Positions 27,730 through 37,305 of a stretch of 64,000 nucleotides of DNA are shown piece by piece; position 1 is the first letter of the stretch; every line of letters begins with the position of its first letter. A program made the translations under genes and the position numbers. This DNA comes from Bacteroidota bacterium (GTDB lineage: Bacteria; Bacteroidota; Bacteroidia; Flavobacteriales; Schleiferiaceae): assembly GCA_041179465.1 (NCBI GenBank), contig JBEGTJ010000003.1, positions 2,229-66,228 of the forward strand. Direction: 5' to 3'. A model generated the notes under the pieces. That model made no database searches and had not been told where the DNA came from. It was given only the letters and a program-made list of their open reading frames with translations.

Positions 27730-28480
27730 GATTAAGGTTGCGCTCAAATCGAGCGCACATTCCTGAGCGCGCCGTTTCGGTGAAGCCTTCGCTGCGCAAG
27801 CGTTCAATAATTCCCTCAGTCCCCTCGATTCCATATCGTTGCGGATGGAATTCAAGGACGATGCACCGAAGTGTTTCAGGGAAGTTTGCGGATTGGCTGA
27901 TCAGAACGCCTTCGCCTCCTTCGATATCGACGACCAGCACTTCGGGTATGGCGTGGTGCTCTCTACGGATTCGGGACAAATCCCAGTTATGCAATGCGGC
28001 GTTCCCATTGACAGCCCACATTGCGCGCCCATCAAGCTCGCTCCCGTCCGTTTCAAAACCTGAAACGGATACCTGTTCCGCGGAATTTAAAGGAAAAGCA
28101 AATCCTTGAATCACGCTTAAGTTAGAGGGGACGTCGCACCACGTGCGTGCTTTGTGCGCCAAATCAGAAGACGCCTCGATACTGATTACGCGTCCGTTGG
28201 GTCCAACTTTATGGGCGAGTATTCGTGCAAGTATTCCAATCGAACCGCCCATTTCAACCACGGTCATTCCCGGCTTGACCACAGATTCGATTAAATTTCG
28301 CTCGTCGCATTCATAAAGGCCGTTCGCGATCCAGCGTTTCGTTCCAAAATTTAGCGCGGTTCCGCGTACGGGGATTTTTACCCCGTCGAGGATGACGTGG
28401 TTTGGCCACACCCATTCAGGTACGAAGGCTTTGAGCATCGTCCTTCGAAGGGAATACCATTGAAGTTTTTTGAGGTTCAT
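27719..28480 (-). CDS. FkbM-family class I SAM-dependent methyltransferase (lower-GC gene)
   Basis: SAM motif [17 protein letters not shown], then GRVISIEAS, and C-terminal [12 protein letters not shown]...IVLEFHP, typical of FkbM. Sample lines give about 47-50% G+C. The start overlaps the pheT stop (ATGA). Confidence 0.65.
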   Translation of the reverse strand: MNLKKLQWYSLRRTMLKAFVPEWVWPNHVILDGVKIPVRGTALNFGTKRWIANGLYECDERNLIESVVKPGMTVVEMGGSIGILARILAHKVGPNGRVISIEASSDLAHKARTWCDVPSNLSVIQGFAFPLNSAEQVSVSGFETDGSELDGRAMWAVNGNAALHNWDLSRIRREHHAIPEVLVVDIEGGEGVLISQSANFPETLRCIVLEFHPQRYGIEGTEGIIERLRSEGFTETARSGMCARFERNLNPTC

Positions 28481-30915
28481 CGCAATTTCGCTCCGCAGTG
28501 CTTTTCGGCCCCCTCGAGCATGCGCTTGACGGCACCTTCGACCTGCTGGTCCTGAAGGGTTTTGCTGGGGTCCCTGAAGGTGAGCCGCACCCCATAGGAC
28601 ATGGTGCCCTCGGGCAGTCCCTTGCCTTGGTATACGTCAAACAGTTCAATTGCTTCAAGCGTTTTGACCGGGGCGGACTTTAGTCCCTCGACCAAGTTTC
28701 CGTAGGCCGTGCCCACGGGCACCACGAGCGCGAGGTCGCGCACCATTTTGGGAAACTTGGGCGGCTCTACGTAGGCGGAACGTCGCTTTTGTGCGGCTTC
28801 CAGCACGGCATCCCATTGCACCAGGGCGGCGAGCACGGGCTTGTCGACGTCAGTGGCCGTCAGGGCGTGGGCGTCGGGCCAGCCCATGTAGGCCAAGGCG
28901 GTTCCGTCCGGCCCCAAGAGGTCGAGCCGGCCGGACCAAAAGCCAGGCACGTCGTCGCCCGCTTGCTCGGTGAACGGAATTCCCAGGCGCTGCAGCAATC
29001 CCGCAACGAGTCCTTTGAGCACCGCAAACGTGGCGCTGCTGCTGGGGCGGGTAAAATGGGCGTCGGGGTAGGCGCCGCAAATCCAAATGCCGAGCTCGTT
29101 GGCTTCGTACCGTCCTTCGGGGGTTTGCCCGTAGCGGCGGCCAAACTCAAAGAGGGCGATGCGGTCCTCTTGGCGCTTGAGGTTGTACGCAACCGTTTCG
29201 AGTCCGCTGTACAGCAGCGTAGGACGCATCACCCCGAGGTCCTGGCTCAGAGGGTTCAGCACGTGGACGATTTCTTCGGCCGGAATCGACGGGTGCTGCG
29301 CGAACCACGCGGCGCGCGTCAGCGAGAGGTTCATGACCTCGTTCAGTCCGTGCGCCACCAGGTAGTCGGCCGCCACGCGGCGCAGCGATTCCGGATTCAG
29401 ACGGGCTTCGGGCTGGCTCCGCACGCGAAGGCCTTCGGGCTCGGCTAGGTTGTTGAAGCCCCAAATGCGCAGCAGTTCCTCGGCCACGTCGGCTTCGCGC
29501 CGCACGTCCCAACGGTACACGGGGAGCCCCAGGGTCCAGATGTCGCCCTTTTGCGCCACCACGTCGATGTCGAGCGATTCCAAAATGCCTTCGCAGACGT
29601 CGTCGGGAAGGCGCTCGCCGAGCAGGCGGGCAATGCGCTCCATAGATACCTCGAGGGTCGGAGCCACGAACCGAGCGTCCTTGGCGCGCACCCAATCGAG
29701 GCCCTCGATGCGGGCTTCGGGGAATTGCGCCTCGATCAGCGTCCAAAAGAGTTCCAGGGCGGCAAGGCCCATCGCGGGGTCCACGCCGCGTTCGTAGCGA
29801 AAGCTGGCGTCGGTATGCAGTCCGTGGCGGCGGGCCATGGCGCGGGTCACGACCGGGTCAAACCAGGCCGACTCGACGACCACAGCGGTGGTTGCGGCGG
29901 AGACGCCCGAAGACTGTCCGCCATAAACCCCTGCGAGGCACATGGCGTCGGAGGAATTGGCAATCACTTGATCGTCAGGGTGCAGCGTGCGGCTGACCCC
30001 GTCCAGGGTGGTCAGGGTTTCGCCGGGGCGGGCGTGGCGCACGACAATACGCGGACCCACCGCCGAAGCGTCAAAGCAGTGGAGCGGATGCCCCAGGGCG
30101 TGCATGGCGTAGTTGGTGGCGTCCACCAGCGCGTTGATGGGGTTGACGCCAATGGCTTTGAGGCGCTGCTGAATGGGCTCAGCCGAAGCTTGGCTGCCGT
30201 TCACCCCGGAGATTTTGAGGGCCCCATACTGCGGGCAGGCGGCGGAATCTTCGACCTTGAGCTCGACGGCTCCTCCCGGAACTTCGCTGAGGTCGGCGGT
30301 CGTTGGCTCGGTCCACATCACGTCGCGTCCGTCGCGAAGAAGGGAAGCGCGAAGGTCGCGGGCGACCCCGTAGTGGCTCATGGCGTCCATTCGGTTGGGC
30401 GTCAGGCCCACTTCAACGGCCACGTCGCTCTCGAGTCCGAGGTATTCAGCCATCGGCTGGCCCACGGGGGCGTCGTCCCGCAGCACCATGATGCCGGAGT
30501 GGTCGCTGCCGAGGCCCAGCTCGTCTTCGGCGCAAATCATGCCTTCGGAGGCTTCGCCGCGCAGGGCGGATTTTTTGATCACGAGGGGCGCGTCGCTGCC
30601 CGCGGGGTAGAGCTCCGCGCCCACCAGGGCGACCGCGACCTTTTGGCCCTCGGCGACGTTGGCGGCTCCGCACACAATGTTCAGCCAATCGGGGGCCCCC
30701 ACGTCGACCTTGGTGACGCGAAGGCGGTCGGCGTTCGGATGCGGGCGCACCTCGCGCACTTCGCCCACCACCACGCCGCGGAGTCCGCCCGGAACGGCAT
30801 CCACCACTTCGGATTTTTCAACTTCAAGGCCAGTGGCCGTCAGGCGCTCGCTTACTTCAGCGACGCTAAGGGAGTGGGGAAGGTAGTCTGAGAGCCAGTC
30901 CAGAGAAATGCGCAT
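28477..30915 (-). CDS. pheT: phenylalanine--tRNA ligase beta subunit
   Basis: MRISLDWLSDYL start, tRNA-binding domain (HPNADRLRVTKVDVG), B3/4 and B5 regions, and the FDVYQGKGLPEG C-terminal anticodon-binding domain. Confidence 0.95.
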   Translation of the reverse strand: MRISLDWLSDYLPHSLSVAEVSERLTATGLEVEKSEVVDAVPGGLRGVVVGEVREVRPHPNADRLRVTKVDVGAPDWLNIVCGAANVAEGQKVAVALVGAELYPAGSDAPLVIKKSALRGEASEGMICAEDELGLGSDHSGIMVLRDDAPVGQPMAEYLGLESDVAVEVGLTPNRMDAMSHYGVARDLRASLLRDGRDVMWTEPTTADLSEVPGGAVELKVEDSAACPQYGALKISGVNGSQASAEPIQQRLKAIGVNPINALVDATNYAMHALGHPLHCFDASAVGPRIVVRHARPGETLTTLDGVSRTLHPDDQVIANSSDAMCLAGVYGGQSSGVSAATTAVVVESAWFDPVVTRAMARRHGLHTDASFRYERGVDPAMGLAALELFWTLIEAQFPEARIEGLDWVRAKDARFVAPTLEVSMERIARLLGERLPDDVCEGILESLDIDVVAQKGDIWTLGLPVYRWDVRREADVAEELLRIWGFNNLAEPEGLRVRSQPEARLNPESLRRVAADYLVAHGLNEVMNLSLTRAAWFAQHPSIPAEEIVHVLNPLSQDLGVMRPTLLYSGLETVAYNLKRQEDRIALFEFGRRYGQTPEGRYEANELGIWICGAYPDAHFTRPSSSATFAVLKGLVAGLLQRLGIPFTEQAGDDVPGFWSGRLDLLGPDGTALAYMGWPDAHALTATDVDKPVLAALVQWDAVLEAAQKRRSAYVEPPKFPKMVRDLALVVPVGTAYGNLVEGLKSAPVKTLEAIELFDVYQGKGLPEGTMSYGVRLTFRDPSKTLQDQQVEGAVKRMLEGAEKHCGAKLR

Positions 30916-30919
30916 GGCG

Positions 30920-30927
30920 CAAAAGTA
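30920..30927 (-). promoter_or_regulatory. -7 box TACTTTTG, 4 nt upstream of the pheT ATG
   Basis: Exact TAnnTTTG on the minus strand. A TTTG lies 18 nt further upstream (a candidate -33 element). Confidence 0.5.
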
Positions 30928-30934
30928 CTCCGCA

Positions 30935-31570
30935 CTAGACGAGGCCAAAAATTATCGCCGCGAACAAAAAGTAGCGCACGACGATGCTCAGGGCATAGAC
31001 GCGGTACCAGCGGGCCGGAAACTGAACCATTCCGGCGACCGTGCTGGCCGCGGGGAAGCTCAAGGGCGTCAGGGCGGCCACGACAATCAGCAGTCCGCCA
31101 AAGCGGCGAATCGGATTGAACAGCTTGGCATGGTTGACGTCGACCCAGCGGTGGATTTTGGGAATGCGGTGCAGCCGGCGGCCAATCCAGTAGCTGATGT
31201 TGCCTGAAGTGTAGGAAATCGCGCCCAGGGCGGCGATGCTCAGCCAGGGCAGCGGCTGCGACTGGCTCCAAATGATGAACAGGTCGGCGGGCAGGATTCC
31301 GACCACGATTTCAGACACAAAAAGGGCGAGGTAGACCAGGCTCCAGTGCACTTCGTGGGTGAAGCGCTCGGTAAGGGCATGAATGTCAATGACGTAGTTG
31401 TTGACGGCCCAGAGCACGCCAATGAGCAGGGCAAGGGCTACGAGCAGCTGGCGCGCGCCTTCGCGCATGTACTTGTAGCCCCCCGTCATTTGGTAGAAGC
31501 GGTGCGTGAGGTGCACCGACCGCCAAAAGGGGCGAATCTTGGGCTTTGGCAGGTGCAAGCGCGGCTTCAT
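30935..31570 (-). CDS. DedA/YqaA-like (VTT domain) membrane protein
   Basis: Four or five predicted TM helices and an ISYTSGNISYWIGRR motif like DedA/YqaA proteins. Confidence 0.55.
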   Translation of the reverse strand: MKPRLHLPKPKIRPFWRSVHLTHRFYQMTGGYKYMREGARQLLVALALLIGVLWAVNNYVIDIHALTERFTHEVHWSLVYLALFVSEIVVGILPADLFIIWSQSQPLPWLSIAALGAISYTSGNISYWIGRRLHRIPKIHRWVDVNHAKLFNPIRRFGGLLIVVAALTPLSFPAASTVAGMVQFPARWYRVYALSIVVRYFLFAAIIFGLV

Positions 31571-31574
31571 GGGC

Positions 31575-31582
31575 TAAAGATA
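31575..31582 (-). promoter_or_regulatory. near-consensus -7 box TATCTTTA, 4 nt upstream of the YqaA-like ATG
   Basis: One mismatch (final G to A), with the same 4-nt spacing. Confidence 0.3.
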
Positions 31583-31637
31583 GGCCAGGCAACTCCGCAG
31601 GAATCGGGCCAAAGTTCAGAGGGGGGACGGGCAGGGA

Positions 31638-33740
31638 TCAGGCAATGCGCCCCCAGGCCATGCGGCCGCGGGCGTAGTCGCTAAAGCGGGCCCTAAGGGC
31701 GGCGTGCTCGGGTCGCTCGAGCTGCGGGTCTTCGTCGACGATGCGGGCGGCCGCTCGGCGCGCCCATTCCACCAGCGGACCGTCGTGCACCAAGTTGGCC
31801 AGTTTGTACTCCATCACGCCGGATTGCCGGGTGCCCATCAGGTCGCCCGGGCCCCGCAGCTGCAGGTCCACGTCGGCGATTTCAAACCCGTCGTTGGTGC
31901 GCACCATCGTTTCGATGCGGGTCACGGCGTCGTCGCTGAGCTTCGAGGAGGTCATCAGCACGCAGTAGGACTGCTCGGCCCCGCGGCCAACGCGCCCGCG
32001 CAGCTGGTGCAGCTGGCTGAGGCCGAAGCGCTCCGCGTTCTCGATCACCATCACCGAAGCGTTGGGAACGTTTACTCCCACTTCAATAACGGTGGTGGCG
32101 ACCATGAGGTGGGTTTCTCCGCGGGCAAATCGGGCCATTTCCCATTCTTTGTCTTCGGGGCGCATTCGGCCGTGGACCACGCTGACTTGGTATTCCGGCT
32201 GCGGAAAATCGCGGCACACGCTCTCGTAGCCGTCCATTAAATCCTTGTAGTCCAGTTTTTCGGATTCTTCGATCAGCGGGTACACCAGGTATACCTGCCG
32301 CCCCAGCGCGATTTCTTTTTTGAGGAAGCTCCACAGCGCCAGCCGGTTGGCGTCGGTGCGGTGCAGCGTTTGAATTGGATTGCGCCCCGGCGGCAGCTCG
32401 TCGATCACCGACTGCTCGAGGTCGCCGTACATACTCATCGCCAAGGTGCGCGGAATCGGCGTCGCCGTCATCACCAGCATGTGCGGCGCGGGGCGGTTTT
32501 TGGCCAGCAGCCGAGCGCGCTGGGCCACCCCAAACCGGTGCTGCTCGTCGACCACCGCGAGTCCCAGGTTGCGGAACACCACGGGGTCCTCGATGAGGGC
32601 GTGGGTTCCAACCAAGAGGTGCAGGCTGCCGTCGGCCAGGTCGGCCAGCAGGTGCTTGCGGGCGGAACCTTTGACGCTTCCCGTCAGCAGCCCCACGCGA
32701 AGACCCAGGGGCTCGGCCCAGGCTTCGAGCGACCGGGCGTGCTGCTGCGCCAGAATTTCGGTCGGAGCCATCAGGGCCGCTTGGAATCCGTTGTCGACGG
32801 CCAGAAGCATGGCCATAAAGGCCACCAAGGTTTTGCCCGATCCCACGTCGCCCTGAACCAAGCGGTTCATGGCGGCACCTGACCCCATGTCGCGGCGGAT
32901 CTCGCGCACCACCCGCTTCTGCGCCTCAGTAAGCGGAAAAGGCAGTACCTCTTCATAAAATCGGTTGAGGTAGGAGCCCACGCTGGCGAATCGGTGCCCT
33001 GCCCGTCCGCGGCCCTGCTGCAGGCGCTGGTAGGCAAAAAGGAGTTGGTCCAAAAACAGCTCTTCAAAGGCGAGTCGGTTGCGCGCGGCGGCGAGGGATT
33101 GCGGCGACTCGGGGTGGTGCATCGTGCGCACGGCCTCGTCGCGGCGCGGCCATTTTTGCGCGTCGCGCAGCCCCTCGGGCATCCAGTCGCTCCGGTCGCG
33201 CGACGGATCCTCCAGCAAGGCGTCAACCTTGGCGGCCAGCCCGCGGCTGTGCAGCTGCATCGAGCCCAGCTTCTCGGTCGACGAGTACATCGGCGTCAGC
33301 CCGCTGGCCGCAGCCTGCCGGCTGGCGGCCCGCTCGACCTCGGGATGCGCCATGTTCAACCCGTTTTTAAACGCGTTCACCCGGCCAAAAACCACGACCT
33401 CTTCGCCCGCAGGTAGGCCCTTTTCAACCCAGCGCAGCCCCTTGAACCACACCAGCTCGAGCTCGTCGGGACCGTCCACCAGTCGGGCGGTCAGGCGGCG
33501 TTTGGGGCCGGTTCCGACCGTCTGCACGCCCGTGAGGAGTCCGCGCACCTGAACCTCGGCCGGGCCCGGCTGCAGGTCGCTGATGCGCAGCACCACGCTG
33601 CGGTCAAGGTAGCGGTAGGGGTAGTGGGCGAGCAGGTCCCCAAACGTGCGAAGGCCGAGCTCGCCCGCCAGGGCCTCAGCCCGCAACGGACCGATTCCTT
33701 TCAGGTAGGCGAGGGAGGTGTCGAGCCAGCGCGAGGACAT
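31638..33740 (-). CDS. recG: ATP-dependent DNA helicase RecG
   Basis: Wedge domain, helicase motifs GDVGSGKT, DEQHRFGV and TATPIPRT, and QLHQLRGRVGRG. The ATG at 33740 (MSSRWLDT) is preferred over the TTG at 33746. Confidence 0.95.
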   Translation of the reverse strand: MSSRWLDTSLAYLKGIGPLRAEALAGELGLRTFGDLLAHYPYRYLDRSVVLRISDLQPGPAEVQVRGLLTGVQTVGTGPKRRLTARLVDGPDELELVWFKGLRWVEKGLPAGEEVVVFGRVNAFKNGLNMAHPEVERAASRQAAASGLTPMYSSTEKLGSMQLHSRGLAAKVDALLEDPSRDRSDWMPEGLRDAQKWPRRDEAVRTMHHPESPQSLAAARNRLAFEELFLDQLLFAYQRLQQGRGRAGHRFASVGSYLNRFYEEVLPFPLTEAQKRVVREIRRDMGSGAAMNRLVQGDVGSGKTLVAFMAMLLAVDNGFQAALMAPTEILAQQHARSLEAWAEPLGLRVGLLTGSVKGSARKHLLADLADGSLHLLVGTHALIEDPVVFRNLGLAVVDEQHRFGVAQRARLLAKNRPAPHMLVMTATPIPRTLAMSMYGDLEQSVIDELPPGRNPIQTLHRTDANRLALWSFLKKEIALGRQVYLVYPLIEESEKLDYKDLMDGYESVCRDFPQPEYQVSVVHGRMRPEDKEWEMARFARGETHLMVATTVIEVGVNVPNASVMVIENAERFGLSQLHQLRGRVGRGAEQSYCVLMTSSKLSDDAVTRIETMVRTNDGFEIADVDLQLRGPGDLMGTRQSGVMEYKLANLVHDGPLVEWARRAAARIVDEDPQLERPEHAALRARFSDYARGRMAWGRIA

Positions 33741-33743
33741 ACC

Positions 33744-33751
33744 CAAAAATA
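33744..33751 (-). promoter_or_regulatory. -7 box TATTTTTG, 3 nt upstream of the recG ATG
   Basis: Exact TAnnTTTG on the minus strand. It would overlap the alternative TTG start, which supports the ATG at 33740. Confidence 0.45.
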
Positions 33752-33772
33752 GGGCTATCTTCCGCCGTCGCT

Positions 33773-35080
33773 ATGGAATACCGTTCCCAAAATGCCCAAC
33801 AGCGCGAACTCGGCCTGCGCCTTGCCGACGGAGCCCTTCTCGCCGTCGTGTTTTGGGTCGGAGTCGCCCTGCGCTTCGGCGACCTTCAGGCCCAAAATCC
33901 GGCCTACTTTGACCACTACCTGAGGCTGGCGCAGTGGCTCGCGATCTTTTGGTTCCTGCTGGGATGGGTCGGACAGCCCTACCGCCTTGCGGTTGGCGTC
34001 GAGCTGCGCACCGTCCTCGCCCGATTTGTGCGCCAAACCGGAATGCTGCTCGCGCTGACGGCCCTGCTGGTGGTGTCGCTCAAGACCTACGTCTACTCGC
34101 GCGTTTTTTTGGTCGGACTCTTCGCGGCCTACCTCAGTTTGGGGGCGTTGCTCCGCGTGGCGGTGGTACAGGCCGGGCGTCGTCGGTTTCGGCGCGGAAT
34201 CGGCCTCGTCTGCGTCCACGGCCTGGGCGCATCACCCATGTGGGGCCAAATCGCCCGTGAATTGGCCGAGCGCCCCGACTACGGCTACCGCTGGCTCGGA
34301 ACCGTCGAGTCCCTCGACGCGGTGGATTCGAACGCGCAAGAGCTTTGGTTGACCCCCGACCGAGTGCTCGCCGAGCTCGATGCCGCCGAAACCCGCGGAC
34401 TTCGGTTGCGCGTGGTCCCGGACCTGGCCGCGTTGCCGGCGTCGCGCACGCAATGGTCCGCCCTAGGCAATGTGCTGCTGCTGGATTGGCGCCGCGAACC
34501 CTTGGCTACGGGCTGGGCGCCCACGGTGAAGCGGGTCGCCGACGTGCTCGGTTCGGCCGTCGCCTTGATTTTGCTCGCGCCGCTGTTGGCCGGCATTGCA
34601 TTCTGGGTAGGGCTGCGCAGCCGCGGTCCGGTGCTTTTTGCTCAGGTTCGTTACGGATACAAGGGCGAGCCCTTCACGATATGGAAGTTCCGAAGCATGG
34701 ATGCCTCGGCCCATCCCGACCTGCAGGCGGTGCCGGGCGACGCACGGGTGCGGCACCCTTGGCTCCGCGCCACCCACCTCGACGAGCTGCCCCAGCTATG
34801 GAATGTGCTGCGCGGAGACATGAGCTTGGTCGGTCCGCGCCCGCACATGGAGAGCGACACGCAGCGCTACGCTGAGGCGGTGCGGGGCTACGGAATCCGC
34901 CACTGGGTGCGCCCCGGAATCACCGGCCTCGCCCAAGCCCGCGGGCTGCACGGCCACACCGACGAAGCCACGATGGCCGAGCGCGTCAAAGCCGACGTGT
35001 ACTACGTCGAGCACTGGTCGGTGGCGCTCGACCTCAAAATCATGCTGGCCACGCTGCTTCAGGCGCGGGGTTGGGTGTGA
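33773..35080 (+). CDS. polyprenyl-phosphate sugar phosphotransferase (WbaP/WcaJ-like priming enzyme)
   Basis: N-terminal TM helices plus the bacterial sugar-transferase domain: GPVLFAQVRYGYKGEPFTIWKFRSM...DELPQLWNVLRGDMSLVGPRP...PGITGLAQ. Confidence 0.85.
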   Translation: MEYRSQNAQQRELGLRLADGALLAVVFWVGVALRFGDLQAQNPAYFDHYLRLAQWLAIFWFLLGWVGQPYRLAVGVELRTVLARFVRQTGMLLALTALLVVSLKTYVYSRVFLVGLFAAYLSLGALLRVAVVQAGRRRFRRGIGLVCVHGLGASPMWGQIARELAERPDYGYRWLGTVESLDAVDSNAQELWLTPDRVLAELDAAETRGLRLRVVPDLAALPASRTQWSALGNVLLLDWRREPLATGWAPTVKRVADVLGSAVALILLAPLLAGIAFWVGLRSRGPVLFAQVRYGYKGEPFTIWKFRSMDASAHPDLQAVPGDARVRHPWLRATHLDELPQLWNVLRGDMSLVGPRPHMESDTQRYAEAVRGYGIRHWVRPGITGLAQARGLHGHTDEATMAERVKADVYYVEHWSVALDLKIMLATLLQARGWV

Positions 35081-35082
35081 GC

Positions 35083-37245
35083 CTACGAACGAACAAGCCC
35101 CCTCAGCGCCCCGTCGTACTGTTCCACGATCACCGGCCAACGGTAGCCTCGGTTCAGGGTTTCGCCGTGGTTGCGGGGCAAACTCGCGCGCTGTGTCCAA
35201 GCCTCGGCGAGCTGCTCGCGCGCCGCTTCTGCGGTAAAATAGCGGGCGGAATCGCCTAAAATTCCGCGATTGAAGGCGTTGTCGTGGGCGGCAATGGCGC
35301 AGCCCGCGGCCATGGCTTGAAGGAGGCCGGGGTTGGTTCCGCCCGCCGAGTGCCCGTGGAGGTAGAGCCCGCAGTGGGCGCGCAAACGGTTCAAAAGTCC
35401 CGGCTCAAACACCGCGCCCAAGAGGTGCACGTTGGGCAGCTGCTGCAGCGCGCGGCCTTCGGGGTTGCCGTAGGGACCGACCACTACGACGGGGACCGCA
35501 GGGCTCAGTGCATTGGCGGCCACCCAAACGTGGTTTTCAGGAACCAATCGGGCAATGATGAGCGCGTACCCACCGGACTCGAGGCCCAAGAAGCCGTCGA
35601 GCTCTTCGGCGGGTTGGGGATCGTCGACTCCGTAGGCGATTTCAGCGCAAGGCTTGGCGTAGCGCGCCGCGTAGCGGGCCATTTCGGGGTGGTCGGCCAC
35701 GAGCAGGTCGGCCGACTCTGCCGCGGTGCGCTCGGCCCACTTGAGGTAGCGCTGCACGGCGGGGCGGTACTTGCCGCGCATCCACTCGAGGCCGTCGAGG
35801 TGCACGGCGAGCGGAGCGCGTCCGCGCAAGGGCCTCAGGGCGAGCCAGGGTGCCGACGAGGTCGTTCCCAGACTGAGGTGGACGTCGGGTTGCTGCCGCG
35901 CGGCGTCGCGCAGGCTCAGCAGGTCGTAGATGAACTGGCCGGCGGAACCCATCCAAGGTTCCGGGTCCAAGTGCACGCGGCGGCGCACGCCCGGGTGCGA
36001 CCACTCGGTGACGGGGTGGGTCGACGAGGTGGCGACGTCTACCCGCCACCCGTGGGCGGAGAGGCCGCGGGCGAGGTGGTCGACGAGTTCTTCGTAGCCG
36101 CCGTAGCGGTTGGGGATTCCGCGTGAGCCCGTGATGCTGAGGCGACCCTGGAGCCCCGAGTAAATCTGCTCGAGCTGCTCGGCGGCCCGATCCCAGGTCA
36201 GCAGCGGAGCCCGGTCAGAGCCCAACTCGACGTCGGCGTTCGCGTCGACGGCGCGCACGGCGGCCGCCCAGGCTTGGAGTTCAAGGGGCACCACAGGGAC
36301 TTCGTCGCCCCACTCGGCGGCGCCCAAGACTCCGGGCGCGGCCACCACCTGGCATCCCGCGCGGCGCGCTTCGGCGACCGTGAGGCCGTAGGTTTCGCTC
36401 AGCGACGGAACCAGTACACCCCGTGCCTCGGCATAGGCCGCAGCGAGGGCCGCGGGCTCGAGGCGCGGAAGCCATTCGACATCGGCTCCCGCCGCGCGGG
36501 CCGCAGCGAGGGCCTCGAGGAGGCGGCGGCGGTAGCGACCGTGGTTGGGCGCCGCCTCGCCGTACAGCCGCAGGGGTTCGGTGAACCCGTTTCGGGCCAA
36601 GTTCGCCCAGAGTTCCACGGCAAAAACCTGGTTTTTGATTCCCTCGACGCGGGCGGGCAGCAGCCATCCCCGACGCGGGGCTCCAGCCGGGGGCGCGAAG
36701 TGCGGCAGGTGGTCCGATCCCGGAGGCACGACGTGCACGCTGGCCCCAAGGCCCCAGCGTCGGCGAATTTCATTGGCTTCGACCTCGGTCGTGGCGACCA
36801 GGGCGTCGGCGTGCCACGCGAGTTCCGCGCTCAATCGGTCGGGGCGCAGCACGGACCAGCCCGGCCAGCGGTCTTGGCCACGAAGCGCGCGGACTGCGGC
36901 TTTGAAAACCTCGGTTCCGCCATGTGGCAGATGCGCTGCCCACGGCACGCGCTGCGCGTCGTAGGCACGGTAGTCCACCAGCACGCTGCTCACCACCCAA
37001 CGCATGCCCGGGTGCGCGCGGCGGGCCTGCATGCAGGGGATCTGGTCGGCCCAACGGCCCAAATTGATGGAATGAAGCACGTCCCAGGACTCTCGGGCAA
37101 GGAACGCATGCAGTTGCGCAACCTCAGTCACCACCTCGACGCGGTGGCCTCGGCGCCCCAAGGCTTCGGCCGTTTGATGCAGCTGCACCGTGTCTCCGCC
37201 GGGCTGGGACCAGAGGCTTTTGCGGGCGAAAAAAAGCAGCTTCAC
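35083..37245 (-). CDS. fused double glycosyltransferase (N-terminal GT4-like, C-terminal DUF1972/GT1-like)
   Basis: 720 aa with a GTG start. Residues 1 to ~365 resemble GT4 (GGDTVQLHQTAEALGRRGHRVEV...SLSETYGLTVAEA). Residues ~368-720 start ITGSRGIPNRYGGYEELVDHL and contain HGHSAGGTNPGLLQAMAAG, the DUF1972-type GT pattern. Confidence 0.75.
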   Translation of the reverse strand: MKLLFFARKSLWSQPGGDTVQLHQTAEALGRRGHRVEVVTEVAQLHAFLARESWDVLHSINLGRWADQIPCMQARRAHPGMRWVVSSVLVDYRAYDAQRVPWAAHLPHGGTEVFKAAVRALRGQDRWPGWSVLRPDRLSAELAWHADALVATTEVEANEIRRRWGLGASVHVVPPGSDHLPHFAPPAGAPRRGWLLPARVEGIKNQVFAVELWANLARNGFTEPLRLYGEAAPNHGRYRRRLLEALAAARAAGADVEWLPRLEPAALAAAYAEARGVLVPSLSETYGLTVAEARRAGCQVVAAPGVLGAAEWGDEVPVVPLELQAWAAAVRAVDANADVELGSDRAPLLTWDRAAEQLEQIYSGLQGRLSITGSRGIPNRYGGYEELVDHLARGLSAHGWRVDVATSSTHPVTEWSHPGVRRRVHLDPEPWMGSAGQFIYDLLSLRDAARQQPDVHLSLGTTSSAPWLALRPLRGRAPLAVHLDGLEWMRGKYRPAVQRYLKWAERTAAESADLLVADHPEMARYAARYAKPCAEIAYGVDDPQPAEELDGFLGLESGGYALIIARLVPENHVWVAANALSPAVPVVVVGPYGNPEGRALQQLPNVHLLGAVFEPGLLNRLRAHCGLYLHGHSAGGTNPGLLQAMAAGCAIAAHDNAFNRGILGDSARYFTAEAAREQLAEAWTQRASLPRNHGETLNRGYRWPVIVEQYDGALRGLVRS

Positions 37246-37249
37246 GGGC

Positions 37250-37257
37250 TAAATGTA
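37250..37257 (-). promoter_or_regulatory. near-consensus -7 box TACATTTA, 4 nt upstream of the GTG start of the double glycosyltransferase
   Basis: One mismatch (final G to A), with 4-nt spacing. Confidence 0.3.
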
Positions 37258-37305
37258 CTGCGGCGGCGGCGTACCTTCGGGGGGAACAACCAACTCCCTG
37301 AAGCC

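Noticed and set aside
36274-37305. Upstream ~345 aa of the 422-aa plus-strand ORF 36274..37542
   Set aside because: This part is antisense to the double glycosyltransferase and is Arg/Gly-rich. Only the last 78 codons (from the ATG at 37306, outside the GT gene) look coding, so I kept only those.
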